DNA of 61,640 nt. Origin: a virus (taxonomy: Duplodnaviria > Caudoviricetes). Numbering within the stretch: position 1 is the stretch's first letter; each line of letters starts with the position of its first letter. Under the pieces are notes generated by a model that saw only the letters and a list, made by a program, of their open reading frames with translations, was not told the DNA's origin and did not search any database. Positions 21,595 through 30,755 of this stretch are shown here, one piece after another. The stretch is from positions 1-61,640 of the IMG/VR virus record IMGVR_UViG_3300002703_000110; one strand, given 5' to 3'. The translations under genes and the position numbers were made by a program.

Positions 21595-23100
21595 ATGTTT
21601 GGACGTGTAATTGAAAAAGTAAAATTAAAGTTCTCACAAATTACAAGTGTGTCAACTGGTTCTACTCAAATAACCGCAAACAAAAATATTGTTCAGAATC
21701 TTACTGGTAACTGGATTGAATTATCCAAGTTTCATGAGATGACGAAGCCAGCAATATTTTCACAGTTTATGACGCTTGAGCCAGAAATTGCTGGTGCTAT
21801 TGATCGTTATGGAACTTTAACTGCTTCGGCATATAAAGGTGTATATGTTAGGCAAGGTAACGAACTTGATCAAAAAGAAATGGAGATGTTGGTAAAGGCT
21901 CATGAAATAGAAGAGTCGATGAAAATTAAAGACCATTTTGAGGCTATTGCAGAGATGTTAATGGGGCAAGGCAATTGTTTTATAATTCCAAATAAGGATT
22001 TATCTTTCACATATTTACCACCAGAATATGTTTCATACATTGAAGATATGAAGCAACTGGGAACACAGTCATCGACGCTGATTTTAACACATCCTGAAAT
22101 TCTTGTTGTTAATGAGCGCGGTGTGCAGGAGTTAGAACAGCAGATTTTTAAGAAGGGCAGTTTTGTACATATTAAATACAAAGAAACGCCACAGATTGTT
22201 TATGATATTATGGGGCGAAGAACTTTTGGGTTTTATGCCATTTCACCATTAGAAAGAACAATCATGTCTATTTGGTGGAAACGACAAATTACAATTGTCG
22301 ATGTTATGTGGAGATATAGAAATCTTCCAAGAGATCATCACAAAATCAATGCTGAAGTTTATTCACTTGACAAATATAGTGGTGGTGATTGGAGTGCAAA
22401 AAGAATTGCTGCTAAGAGAGACGCGGATTCGTTTATTAGTTCATATACTAACTCATTAACAGATCAGGCTCCAGACCAAGGCTATGTATCATTAGATACA
22501 GTTGATATTAAGCGTATTGGTGGAGATAGCATCAATATGGGCACGAATGAAATAATTAAGCAAATTGAAGACCATATTTGGACAGCGCTTAATATACCAC
22601 CGTCAACTGTAAATGGCTCTGGTGCTGGTTCTTATGCAAGTGAACTTGTTATAAGTAATTATGTTTCTGGTAAAGTCGTTCAACTGGCCGAAAAGATTAA
22701 GCCGTTCTTATTAGATATGATGAGAAAGAGGCTTTTAGCAATTGACTCTAGTTTCCCTGTTCATGAATTAGATATGAAGTTAGAATTAACAATGGCAACT
22801 TCACAGATGGAAAACGTAAGACAAATGACACTGATGGCTGCTGTGCCGATATTTACTGAAAATGAACTTCGTGCAAAGGTTGGTTTTGAATCATTATCTG
22901 ATGAAGAACGTAAAAGTATTGTAACAACAAAGACACCAGCGGGACAGCCAGAAAAGGAAAACATTACAACGGTTGGTAGTGAAGATAAGGAAGATGGTTC
23001 TTATCCAGATACTCCTATGTCAGAATCACAACACACCAGAGATACTGCTGATAACGTCTTACGAAGTGATGAAAATTCAAGAGAAGTAAGAAAGAAGTAA
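21595..23100 (+). CDS. Portal protein
   Basis: 501 aa directly after terL; GNCF, SPLE, I..ALNIPP, TENELRA.VGF portal-like motifs. Confidence 0.8.
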   Translation: MFGRVIEKVKLKFSQITSVSTGSTQITANKNIVQNLTGNWIELSKFHEMTKPAIFSQFMTLEPEIAGAIDRYGTLTASAYKGVYVRQGNELDQKEMEMLVKAHEIEESMKIKDHFEAIAEMLMGQGNCFIIPNKDLSFTYLPPEYVSYIEDMKQLGTQSSTLILTHPEILVVNERGVQELEQQIFKKGSFVHIKYKETPQIVYDIMGRRTFGFYAISPLERTIMSIWWKRQITIVDVMWRYRNLPRDHHKINAEVYSLDKYSGGDWSAKRIAAKRDADSFISSYTNSLTDQAPDQGYVSLDTVDIKRIGGDSINMGTNEIIKQIEDHIWTALNIPPSTVNGSGAGSYASELVISNYVSGKVVQLAEKIKPFLLDMMRKRLLAIDSSFPVHELDMKLELTMATSQMENVRQMTLMAAVPIFTENELRAKVGFESLSDEERKSIVTTKTPAGQPEKENITTVGSEDKEDGSYPDTPMSESQHTRDTADNVLRSDENSREVRKK

Positions 23101-23109
23101 TACAACATG

Positions 23110-23125
23110 TTTATATATACTCAAA
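23110..23125 (+). promoter_or_regulatory. Putative late promoter upstream of the head genes
   Basis: TTTATATATACTCAAA, identical to 18245..18260. Confidence 0.6.
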
Positions 23126-23183
23126 TATATAAATATAGGATAAGGTTATATTTAAACCTTTCTATATCTTTTTAGGTGGTAGC

Positions 23184-24536
23184 ATGGTTACATCTTCAGA
23201 CCCTATAGAGTGGCGGAATTCATCTGTTTTAAAGGTGAAAGGCGTAACTGCTAGACCCGGAACATTTATTAGTAGAGAAGGAAAAGTAACTCCTTTTACA
23301 AAAGAGTTATGCAAAACACTATTTTCTAATTTTGATTCTTCTACTCCTTCTTATTTAACACATGATGACAGAGATCCTTGTGGTTATATGTATAAGTTTG
23401 GGTATGATCCCGAAACTGATTATATTCACTACGAAGGATTTGTGTTTGATAAAAATAAAGCAGAAAAAATACAAGAAGAAGGATTCGATTTTGTTTCACC
23501 AGAACTTGAACTTGATGTTGAAGGAAACAATGTTTTAAATGGTAAAATTACAGGTGTTGCATTTGTAAGAAAACCATCAATTCAAGGAACAACTGTTGAA
23601 AAACAATTAGTGGCATTTAGCACACCTTCTCATAGATGGGATTACGGGGAATCTACTAGCGCATGGTCAAAGCCATCTCTACAAGACTTTACTGATAAAT
23701 CATGGGATGAATTATCTAATAAAGAAAAAAGAGATGTTGCTGGACATTATGCGTATTCTGCCAATATGCCTCCAGTTTCTTTTGGAGATTTGAAATTTCC
23801 ACATCATGAACCAAAATCACACAATGTGGTCTGGAGCGCGGTAAGCAATGCAATGGCTCGTTTAAAACAATCAAATATATCAGAGTCAGACAAAAAGGCT
23901 GTTTATAAACATCTTTCAGAACATTATAAAGAATTTAATAAAGAGCCTCCAAGAATGTTTGACGATGGAAGTGTAGAAAATATGGTAAATAGTTCGTATA
24001 ATTTAACTACTTCAGACGGATCTTATGTATTCACACCCGGAACCATTACTGTTCCAAATGTTGGGCAAACACAAACTGCTCCAACAACACAGAATGTTAC
24101 ATACGGTGTAGCAGAAGACCCCAAAGAAAAAGAAATCGCTGATTTAAGAAAAGAAGTTGAAACTCTTAAGAATACGGTTGTAAAACCAACTGTTCAATCA
24201 GAGCAACCTCCTGTGCCAGTGCAGCAACCCACTGTGAATCCTTATAAAGAAAAATATGAGGGTGTTATTAAAACACAGTTAGATTCTGTTATTGGTGAAT
24301 TAAAGAATCTAGGCGCAAAAAATGTTGAAAACATTGGAGTAGGATTAGATTCAGAACAGAGATATGCAATGCTTCGTGCTCTTAAAGAAACGATGGTGAT
24401 TAATGCTCCTACGACAACTCCTCCAGAAACTATTGTAACACATTCTGTTGGGGAGTCGAATGAGTTAAAAATTGATAAGATTATGAAAGAAGCAGGTATT
24501 GATCCTGAATATAAGAAATATTTAAAAAATAGGTGA
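23184..24536 (+). CDS. Prohead protease/scaffold fusion with an internal extra domain
   Basis: PGTF...TH...VSPEL...GVAFV.KP protease-like N-domain; low-complexity and coiled-coil C-terminus; position between portal and capsid genes. Confidence 0.7.
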   Translation: MVTSSDPIEWRNSSVLKVKGVTARPGTFISREGKVTPFTKELCKTLFSNFDSSTPSYLTHDDRDPCGYMYKFGYDPETDYIHYEGFVFDKNKAEKIQEEGFDFVSPELELDVEGNNVLNGKITGVAFVRKPSIQGTTVEKQLVAFSTPSHRWDYGESTSAWSKPSLQDFTDKSWDELSNKEKRDVAGHYAYSANMPPVSFGDLKFPHHEPKSHNVVWSAVSNAMARLKQSNISESDKKAVYKHLSEHYKEFNKEPPRMFDDGSVENMVNSSYNLTTSDGSYVFTPGTITVPNVGQTQTAPTTQNVTYGVAEDPKEKEIADLRKEVETLKNTVVKPTVQSEQPPVPVQQPTVNPYKEKYEGVIKTQLDSVIGELKNLGAKNVENIGVGLDSEQRYAMLRALKETMVINAPTTTPPETIVTHSVGESNELKIDKIMKEAGIDPEYKKYLKNR

Positions 24537-24542
24537 TTTAAA

Positions 24543-24965
24543 ATGTCAGGTGGATTTTTAGCAGGGGTTCAAAGCCCCGGTGTAGCATATACAATGGCAA
24601 CCGCAATTACAAAAGCAGGCACTCTTGTATCTAAAGACGCAACAGCAGGACAGATGGATGTAACTGGTGCTGGTGCAAAAGCAGATGGTTATACAATGGG
24701 AACAACTTATAATGCTTTCGGGGTTGCGGAGTCTGGCGTAAAGGCCGCTGTTCTGCCGCTTATTGAAGGTAATGTTATTGAAGTTCCTCTGTTAGCAACA
24801 AACGTGGAAATCGCTGTTGGTGACGAGTTAGAAACAACTGCGGCTGGAACCGTTGATAAGAAAGACGGTGCTGGTGAGATTATTGGTATTGCTCTTGAAG
24901 CAAAAGCAATTAATGATGGGACATATGTAAGATTACTTGTGAGCAAATATACGGCAAGTGCATAA
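24543..24965 (+). CDS. Capsid decoration/cement protein (DUF2190-like)
   Basis: Small Gly/Ala-rich protein, IAVGD.L...IGIALEA; precedes MCP. Confidence 0.7.
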   Translation: MSGGFLAGVQSPGVAYTMATAITKAGTLVSKDATAGQMDVTGAGAKADGYTMGTTYNAFGVAESGVKAAVLPLIEGNVIEVPLLATNVEIAVGDELETTAAGTVDKKDGAGEIIGIALEAKAINDGTYVRLLVSKYTASA

Positions 24966-24976
24966 GGTGATTTAAA

Positions 24977-25858
24977 ATGACTATTGAAACACGTAATTTT
25001 GGTTCTGGTGTAACTTCATCTGATGGAGATATTGCACTTGAAAATATTATTAAAGAAATCGTTTACCAGAAAGCAGATGAGATGATGAGTGGCAAGAATG
25101 CTATTCCGCTTCGTTCAACTCCGGGTCTTGATTATAAGTTTGTAATTCCTGAAAACTGGTTTATTGAAGCAGAGGAAATCTCTGAAGGTTCACGCGCAAA
25201 TATTAAGAATATGCCTGTGTATGAAATCAGCGGAAGCCTGAAGAAATATCAGATCCCTGTGTTCATTAATGATGAAGTTAAAGCAAGGCAGATTGCAAAC
25301 GCGCAGATGCAAATTTCTCTTGACGCTGCGGCTGCTGGTCTTGCATGGAAGAAAGATACTGAAATCTTTACGGCACTTTCAAGTGGTGCAGGAAATACTG
25401 TAGCGGCTACTGCAAATTGGGATGCTGCTGGTGCTGACCCCGCAACTGATATTGCAAATTCGATTGGTGCTATTCTTAATAACACGACAATCTCAGACAA
25501 TGAAATTAATAACATTGGTATTTTCTATCCTGCAATTCTGTTCGGCCACACCTCCAAGCCCCTTCAGATTGGTGACGTGCAGGAGTCTTTACGCTCATGG
25601 GTAAAGAAAGAGTTTAGTATTGGGCTTTATCCAACTCGTCAGTTAACCACAACTGCTCTTGCTGTTGTTAATACTCCGCGTATGGGTGTTCACTACACGC
25701 ACGACGGGACAGCAATTCCGGGTGCAGAAGAGTATCGTGAGCCGGGTGTTGGTAATGGTTATATTGTTACGTCTTACTTCAAGACTGTAATTATGCCATA
25801 TGCAGAAGGCGAATCTACAACCAAATATATCACGAAATTAACAGGCGTGGATACTTAA
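24977..25858 (+). CDS. Major capsid protein (HK97 fold, putative)
   Basis: Position; EISEG motif, I.DE, long backbone helix; followed by an oligo-T terminator. Confidence 0.8.
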   Translation: MTIETRNFGSGVTSSDGDIALENIIKEIVYQKADEMMSGKNAIPLRSTPGLDYKFVIPENWFIEAEEISEGSRANIKNMPVYEISGSLKKYQIPVFINDEVKARQIANAQMQISLDAAAAGLAWKKDTEIFTALSSGAGNTVAATANWDAAGADPATDIANSIGAILNNTTISDNEINNIGIFYPAILFGHTSKPLQIGDVQESLRSWVKKEFSIGLYPTRQLTTTALAVVNTPRMGVHYTHDGTAIPGAEEYREPGVGNGYIVTSYFKTVIMPYAEGESTTKYITKLTGVDT

Positions 25859-25868
25859 ATATCCAAAA

Positions 25869-25877
25869 TTTTTTTTT
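25869..25877 (+). terminator. Oligo-T terminator after MCP
   Basis: T9 run just after the MCP stop codon. Confidence 0.55.
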
Positions 25878-25909
25878 CGGTGTAAACCGATTAAATTAGG
25901 AGATATAAT

Positions 25910-26320
25910 ATGGCAGTTAATTTAGCATCTTTAATATTAAGGGTTCAGGCGGTTCTTTCAGATTTACCTTCTAGTATGTGTACCGACGAACAAATATATA
26001 TAGATTTGAAATCTGCAAAAATATATTTTGATTCAATTAAGCGTGCTGATTTTAATAATGATTCTTTAGAAGAAGAAACATTAGTTCGACTCGGAAGTTA
26101 TTTTACATTTATAAATTATACAAGCCTTGCGGAACGCCAGTTAGGAACTATTCCCCAAACTTCAGATATAAAACTTCAATCTCTGCGGCGCATGGCATTG
26201 GCATTTTTAAGACAGATAACCGATTTTACTCTCAATGATGATTTGTCTGTTGATAAAACAATAGAAGGAAAAGCATTGCCTGTTACGATTTCTATGATGC
26301 CTTCAGTTTTTAGTGATTAA
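25910..26320 (+). CDS. Head-tail adaptor (putative)
   Basis: Helical 136-aa protein directly after MCP. Confidence 0.55.
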   Translation: MAVNLASLILRVQAVLSDLPSSMCTDEQIYIDLKSAKIYFDSIKRADFNNDSLEEETLVRLGSYFTFINYTSLAERQLGTIPQTSDIKLQSLRRMALAFLRQITDFTLNDDLSVDKTIEGKALPVTISMMPSVFSD

Positions 26321-26834
26321 AATGAGAATAACTGCTAGTAAATTTGGAATGAAAAATGCTTCTAAAAAAATTAAAGATTTGAAAGAATGGATGTCAGACC
26401 CAATTGTTAAATCTAATTATAATCAAGCAGTTAAAAATATTAAAGCAAAGTGGCAACGTGATGTTCTAAAAACATTTACAGTTCGTTCCAGTAAGGGACT
26501 ATTTTGTGATAATCTTTTGGCAAATGCACTTGGCATCGAGATCAAAAAAGATAGTGTTATTATTTATGTAAAGCCTATATCTCGTGCTGGAAAACAGCCA
26601 TATTTTAGTTCTGGCGGTGCTGTTAATAATCTTACATCAATATTATTTCATGGAAGCAAGGTATCTGCTGGAATGTATAGTTATAAATGGGATGCTCGTG
26701 TTCGTGATGGCATACATCCCGGAACTTCACCATCTCTCATGAGAACATTGTGGAAAAGATTTAATCAATATTCAAATGATCAATTTATAAAAAAAATGAG
26801 AGAAGGATTGGATAAGGCGAGGAAAAAACCATGA
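26313..26834 (+). CDS. Neck/tail-completion protein (putative)
   Basis: Basic protein with HPGT motif in the neck position. Confidence 0.5.
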   Translation: MIKMRITASKFGMKNASKKIKDLKEWMSDPIVKSNYNQAVKNIKAKWQRDVLKTFTVRSSKGLFCDNLLANALGIEIKKDSVIIYVKPISRAGKQPYFSSGGAVNNLTSILFHGSKVSAGMYSYKWDARVRDGIHPGTSPSLMRTLWKRFNQYSNDQFIKKMREGLDKARKKP

Positions 26835-27181
26835 CAACTATAGAAAATGTTATATCTGGCCTTAAAAGTATTGGTTATAAAGTAAATCTTTCTCCTCAAG
26901 AAGCAATTGGCGCAAGAGAAGTTGTAATAACTCTTGAAGAATTGGATATAGAAGTTGAAACATCACAGTGTTATTTCTATACCCAAACATATGCCTTAAA
27001 CTGGTATGCAGATAACATAGTTACGATAGTTTCTACTATTCAAGCATTAATTTCTGCTGTAGAAGCATCTACTGTTGCTACAGCAAGAAACTTTAAGTTT
27101 ATTACACCAGATATTACAAGAGAAGGAACAGCATATTTGATTACATTAAAATTTCAATTTACAGAAACAATTAGTACATAG
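26831..27181 (+). CDS. Tail terminator (putative)
   Basis: Position immediately before the tail tube gene. Confidence 0.5.
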   Translation: MTTIENVISGLKSIGYKVNLSPQEAIGAREVVITLEELDIEVETSQCYFYTQTYALNWYADNIVTIVSTIQALISAVEASTVATARNFKFITPDITREGTAYLITLKFQFTETIST

Positions 27182-28105
27182 GTGATTATAATGGGTATTT
27201 CATACGTAAAAGCAACGGCAGAAACAGGAGCATATGGTTCTGGTGGTGGAGCGCCTTCTGCTGCAACAGATGGCATTAAAATTAATGATATAGACTATAC
27301 TGTTGATCGTGGTGCAATGAAAGAAGAAACAACCGATAGTTATACAACCAATCAAATTCTCGGAGGGCCACTCAAAATTAGTGGTTCTATAGGCACGAAC
27401 TTTAGGCCGACTTCACAAGCGCCATTACTTGCTTCTTGTTTAGGAACGGCAGTTGCAGGTGTTTATGATATAGAAGAGCCAACATCGGCATGTCTGGCAA
27501 TCGGTGAAAAGGTTGGAAGCAATACTGTAGAAAGACTTCTTTATGGTGTCGGGGTTAATAGCATAGAATTTGGATTTGAAGCAAAAGAATATGTTACAGC
27601 CAAATATGATTTCATTGCTTGTGATATAGTTGATGGCACTTATGATACATCATTAACATATCCAGTTGAAGACCCTCTTGTGTTTTGGGGTGCAACGCTT
27701 GATTTGAGTGCAACAACTTTATATTCAAAATCTGTAACATTAACTATAGATCGTGCACTTGATGAAGATCAGTTTGTTCTTGGAAATTATAAATTATATA
27801 GATTAACAAGAACTGGTATTACTGATATTAGTGGGACACTGACAATTACAGAAGAACAAATTCCAGAATTAAATCGTGCAATTTACGGCACAACTGCTGG
27901 AACATCAATGCCCGTGTTAGATACATTGGGAACAGGGACACTTACAATTACTTGTATGAGGTCAAGTGGTGCTGGTGGTGCAACATTTGTTATTCCTGTA
28001 ACATATACGTCTTCTTCAATGAAGTCTTCTGGTGTTGGTGAATTTGAAAAGAGCATTGAATTTAGTGTGGTTGGGAATCCGACAACATTCTTGACGGTGA
28101 GTTAA
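27182..28105 (+). CDS. Major tail tube protein
   Basis: AETGAYG N-terminus, G.isGs, beta-rich; no sheath gene present, so siphovirus-like. Confidence 0.75.
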   Translation: MIIMGISYVKATAETGAYGSGGGAPSAATDGIKINDIDYTVDRGAMKEETTDSYTTNQILGGPLKISGSIGTNFRPTSQAPLLASCLGTAVAGVYDIEEPTSACLAIGEKVGSNTVERLLYGVGVNSIEFGFEAKEYVTAKYDFIACDIVDGTYDTSLTYPVEDPLVFWGATLDLSATTLYSKSVTLTIDRALDEDQFVLGNYKLYRLTRTGITDISGTLTITEEQIPELNRAIYGTTAGTSMPVLDTLGTGTLTITCMRSSGAGGATFVIPVTYTSSSMKSSGVGEFEKSIEFSVVGNPTTFLTVS

Positions 28106-28108
28106 GTT

Positions 28109-28456
28109 ATGTCAATTTATGTAGATATTAAAACAAAATCTGGTGTTTTCCGAGTCAGAAAACCAATGGGTCGTATTGGGGCAATTCATTTTGGTGTTAT
28201 TACCAAATATATGTCTGGTGGTGGTGGAGAAGAAGAAATGTCACCTGCACAGCGCGAGGCTCTTGGAGAAGGATTCATTGAGTGGGCAGAGAAAGTTCTT
28301 CCAAAAATTTTAATTTCTTATACACCCGAAGGCGGTGAAGTTATCAATGATTATAAAGTAGATGATGTGACTGGTGAAGATCAGTTTGCTATATTTACTG
28401 CCATGATGAGTATCATTGAGGTAAGTGAAGACTACTTTCAAATCATTTCAAAATGA
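28109..28456 (+). CDS. Tail assembly chaperone
   Basis: Between tail tube and tape measure genes. Confidence 0.65.
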   Translation: MSIYVDIKTKSGVFRVRKPMGRIGAIHFGVITKYMSGGGGEEEMSPAQREALGEGFIEWAEKVLPKILISYTPEGGEVINDYKVDDVTGEDQFAIFTAMMSIIEVSEDYFQIISK

Positions 28457-28640
28457 TACTTGTGTAATGATAGGTGCTTTATCCGAAATAACTGGTCAAC
28501 GCCCTTCTGAATTTTTCGGTTGGAACAATGAAGAAGAGTGGTTGGAAAGATTAATTTTTGACTTAAATGTTGTTGGTCTTCTTAAAAAAGAAGAAAAGAA
28601 ACAATATGATACAATGCAAAGAAAAATGAAGAGGCATTAA
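28425..28640 (+). CDS. Tail assembly chaperone frameshift extension
   Basis: Overlaps the chaperone end in the +1 frame; G.RPSE motif. Confidence 0.6.
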   Translation: MKTTFKSFQNDTCVMIGALSEITGQRPSEFFGWNNEEEWLERLIFDLNVVGLLKKEEKKQYDTMQRKMKRH

Positions 28641-28641
28641 T

Positions 28642-30357
28642 ATGGTCACAACAACAGACAAATTTATTATCAGTGTTGATACCAAATCTGGAATGGTTGA
28701 TCTTGATAAATTACAGAAAAAAATAAATTCTATTTATGGTGGAGTTAACAAACTTTCAACAACAAAAGATATTCCGAGCAAAGGTATAACCAGATATACT
28801 TTTGAAATAACAGAAGCAAAAAGAAAAGTCAATGAATTAACAAAGGCAAATCAAGCATTAAGAAAATCTTATCCAAAAAATATTTCTGGTGTTACTGGTA
28901 AATATGTTGCTGGAAAACAGAAAGTTGAACAGGCAATAAGTACTACAACCAAAACTACACGAGGAGCCATACAAAATGTAGTTCCTTTAGGTAAAAGTGA
29001 ATTTTTACCATCTATCAAAAAAGAAATATTAGGTGAATTAAAATCACAATTTGCCAGTGGTGCAGATTTGATGAGAGAGGTTCCCCGTGCTGTTACACAA
29101 TATAACAAACCAATAGGGCCATTTCCCCAAACATTTCAATATCCGCAAGCCATAGGGCCACAATTACCAACAGGGACAACACAATATAAACAACCAATTG
29201 GCCCAAAACCACCAAAAAATATTTATCAGTATTCTCAACCAATTGGTCCACAATTACCAACTTCAACATTACAATATAAACAACCCATTGGGCCAAAACA
29301 ACCACAACAAAAAGTAGAAACCCGCCTCGATAAATTTTCTAAAGGCTTAAGAAACGCAACAAAACAAGTTTTCATGATGCAAATGGGTATGCTTGGTGTA
29401 TCCTTTTCATCACAGGCACTTGTAGCAAGTCTTCAGGGACTTGGGATGTCTGCTCTTACTGGGCTTGCAGACACAGAAACAGCCATAAAAAATATGGTTA
29501 TTTCTGATGTTATGGGTGGGACAAATATTTTAAATGATATAAACCTTGACGATTTTGTAGATAATTCACTTAAAGCACAGGGGGCTGTTGCTGGATTAAG
29601 CACCATATTAGTTCAAATTGCAAATAAAGTATTTAGTAACCCCGCAGCAGCAGATAAAATAGCAAATGCCTTAACACAAGTTATTAATAAATTAACTGAA
29701 CAAGAATTTATTGATGCTGTTATTGGTATTGTTAATGCTATAACGAATCCAGACTTTGTTAAAAGTATGACAGATGCCGCACTTCAGATCGCAAATCTTA
29801 TAAAGTGGTTAGGCGAACAGGGATTATTAGATAAAGTTATATTATTAATTATTGCTTGTCAGTTCTTAATGCCTTTATTTGCGATGTTACAATTGGCATT
29901 GATAGGGCTTGGTGCTCTTCTGGCTGCTGAGGTGTTTGTTGCTATAGCAATTGTTATTGCAGTTTTATGGGCATTTACATCTTCATTAAGTGAGTTTGGG
30001 AAATCTGGTAATATTGCATTAGATGTATTTAATGTAATTTATTCATCATTTGTTAAATTATTTGAATTATTATTATATATTCCAACAGCAATATTTGATG
30101 TTATCTCTAGTGCGATTTCAGAATTATCTGGTGGTTTAATTAATATTGCTAATCCGTTTAAAGAATTTACAAATGGTCTTTGGGGATTAAAAGATATTTT
30201 GAATACAACATTTGGTAGTCCAACAAGTGGAACTTCTTATGATACTGGAACACATCAATATGTAAATATTAACTTCAACAAAAATGTTACAGGTAAAGAT
30301 GCTGCATATGATGTGCAAGGTGCATTGCGCAGTTATAATAACTCTGCTATAACATAG
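28642..30357 (+). CDS. Tape measure protein
   Basis: Position; helical Ala/Leu-rich body with hydrophobic segments. Confidence 0.75.
   Translation: MVTTTDKFIISVDTKSGMVDLDKLQKKINSIYGGVNKLSTTKDIPSKGITRYTFEITEAKRKVNELTKANQALRKSYPKNISGVTGKYVAGKQKVEQAISTTTKTTRGAIQNVVPLGKSEFLPSIKKEILGELKSQFASGADLMREVPRAVTQYNKPIGPFPQTFQYPQAIGPQLPTGTTQYKQPIGPKPPKNIYQYSQPIGPQLPTSTLQYKQPIGPKQPQQKVETRLDKFSKGLRNATKQVFMMQMGMLGVSFSSQALVASLQGLGMSALTGLADTETAIKNMVISDVMGGTNILNDINLDDFVDNSLKAQGAVAGLSTILVQIANKVFSNPAAADKIANALTQVINKLTEQEFIDAVIGIVNAITNPDFVKSMTDAALQIANLIKWLGEQGLLDKVILLIIACQFLMPLFAMLQLALIGLGALLAAEVFVAIAIVIAVLWAFTSSLSEFGKSGNIALDVFNVIYSSFVKLFELLLYIPTAIFDVISSAISELSGGLINIANPFKEFTNGLWGLKDILNTTFGSPTSGTSYDTGTHQYVNINFNKNVTGKDAAYDVQGALRSYNNSAIT
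29098..29300 (+). repeat. Five in-frame QYxx(P/A)IGP repeats in the tape measure gene
   Basis: QYNKPIGP, QYPQAIGP, QYKQPIGP, QYSQPIGP, QYKQPIGP. Confidence 0.85.
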
Positions 30358-30362
30358 GTGAT

Positions 30363-30755
30363 ATGATGAGTATTACATTACAAAAATATGGTGATGCAAC
30401 CTCTTCAATAACACTTGATTTTAAAACTGTTTCAGAAGACACAACATCATCAAAAATGAAAATTGGAACAGGAAGTGGTATTCCAGTTTATATTAAATTC
30501 GGATTTGAGAAAAGCATCACGGCAACAGGACAAATATTTTCATCTACAAATTATAATAAATTAAAAGCATGGGATGGAGATGTAATTCTTGATTGCACGG
30601 CATCTAGTTATCCTGAAATACCAGCGACGGCATCTACAAATTATTTAATTATCGACAAAATAAAATTATCAAGAAAAGGTGGATATTTAAATATTTGGGA
30701 TTTTAATATTACATTCATTCAAGGCGCATTAACAAAACTTAAAAGGTGGACATAA
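30363..30755 (+). CDS. Distal tail protein (putative)
   Basis: Position after TMP; beta-rich. Confidence 0.5.
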   Translation: MMSITLQKYGDATSSITLDFKTVSEDTTSSKMKIGTGSGIPVYIKFGFEKSITATGQIFSSTNYNKLKAWDGDVILDCTASSYPEIPATASTNYLIIDKIKLSRKGGYLNIWDFNITFIQGALTKLKRWT

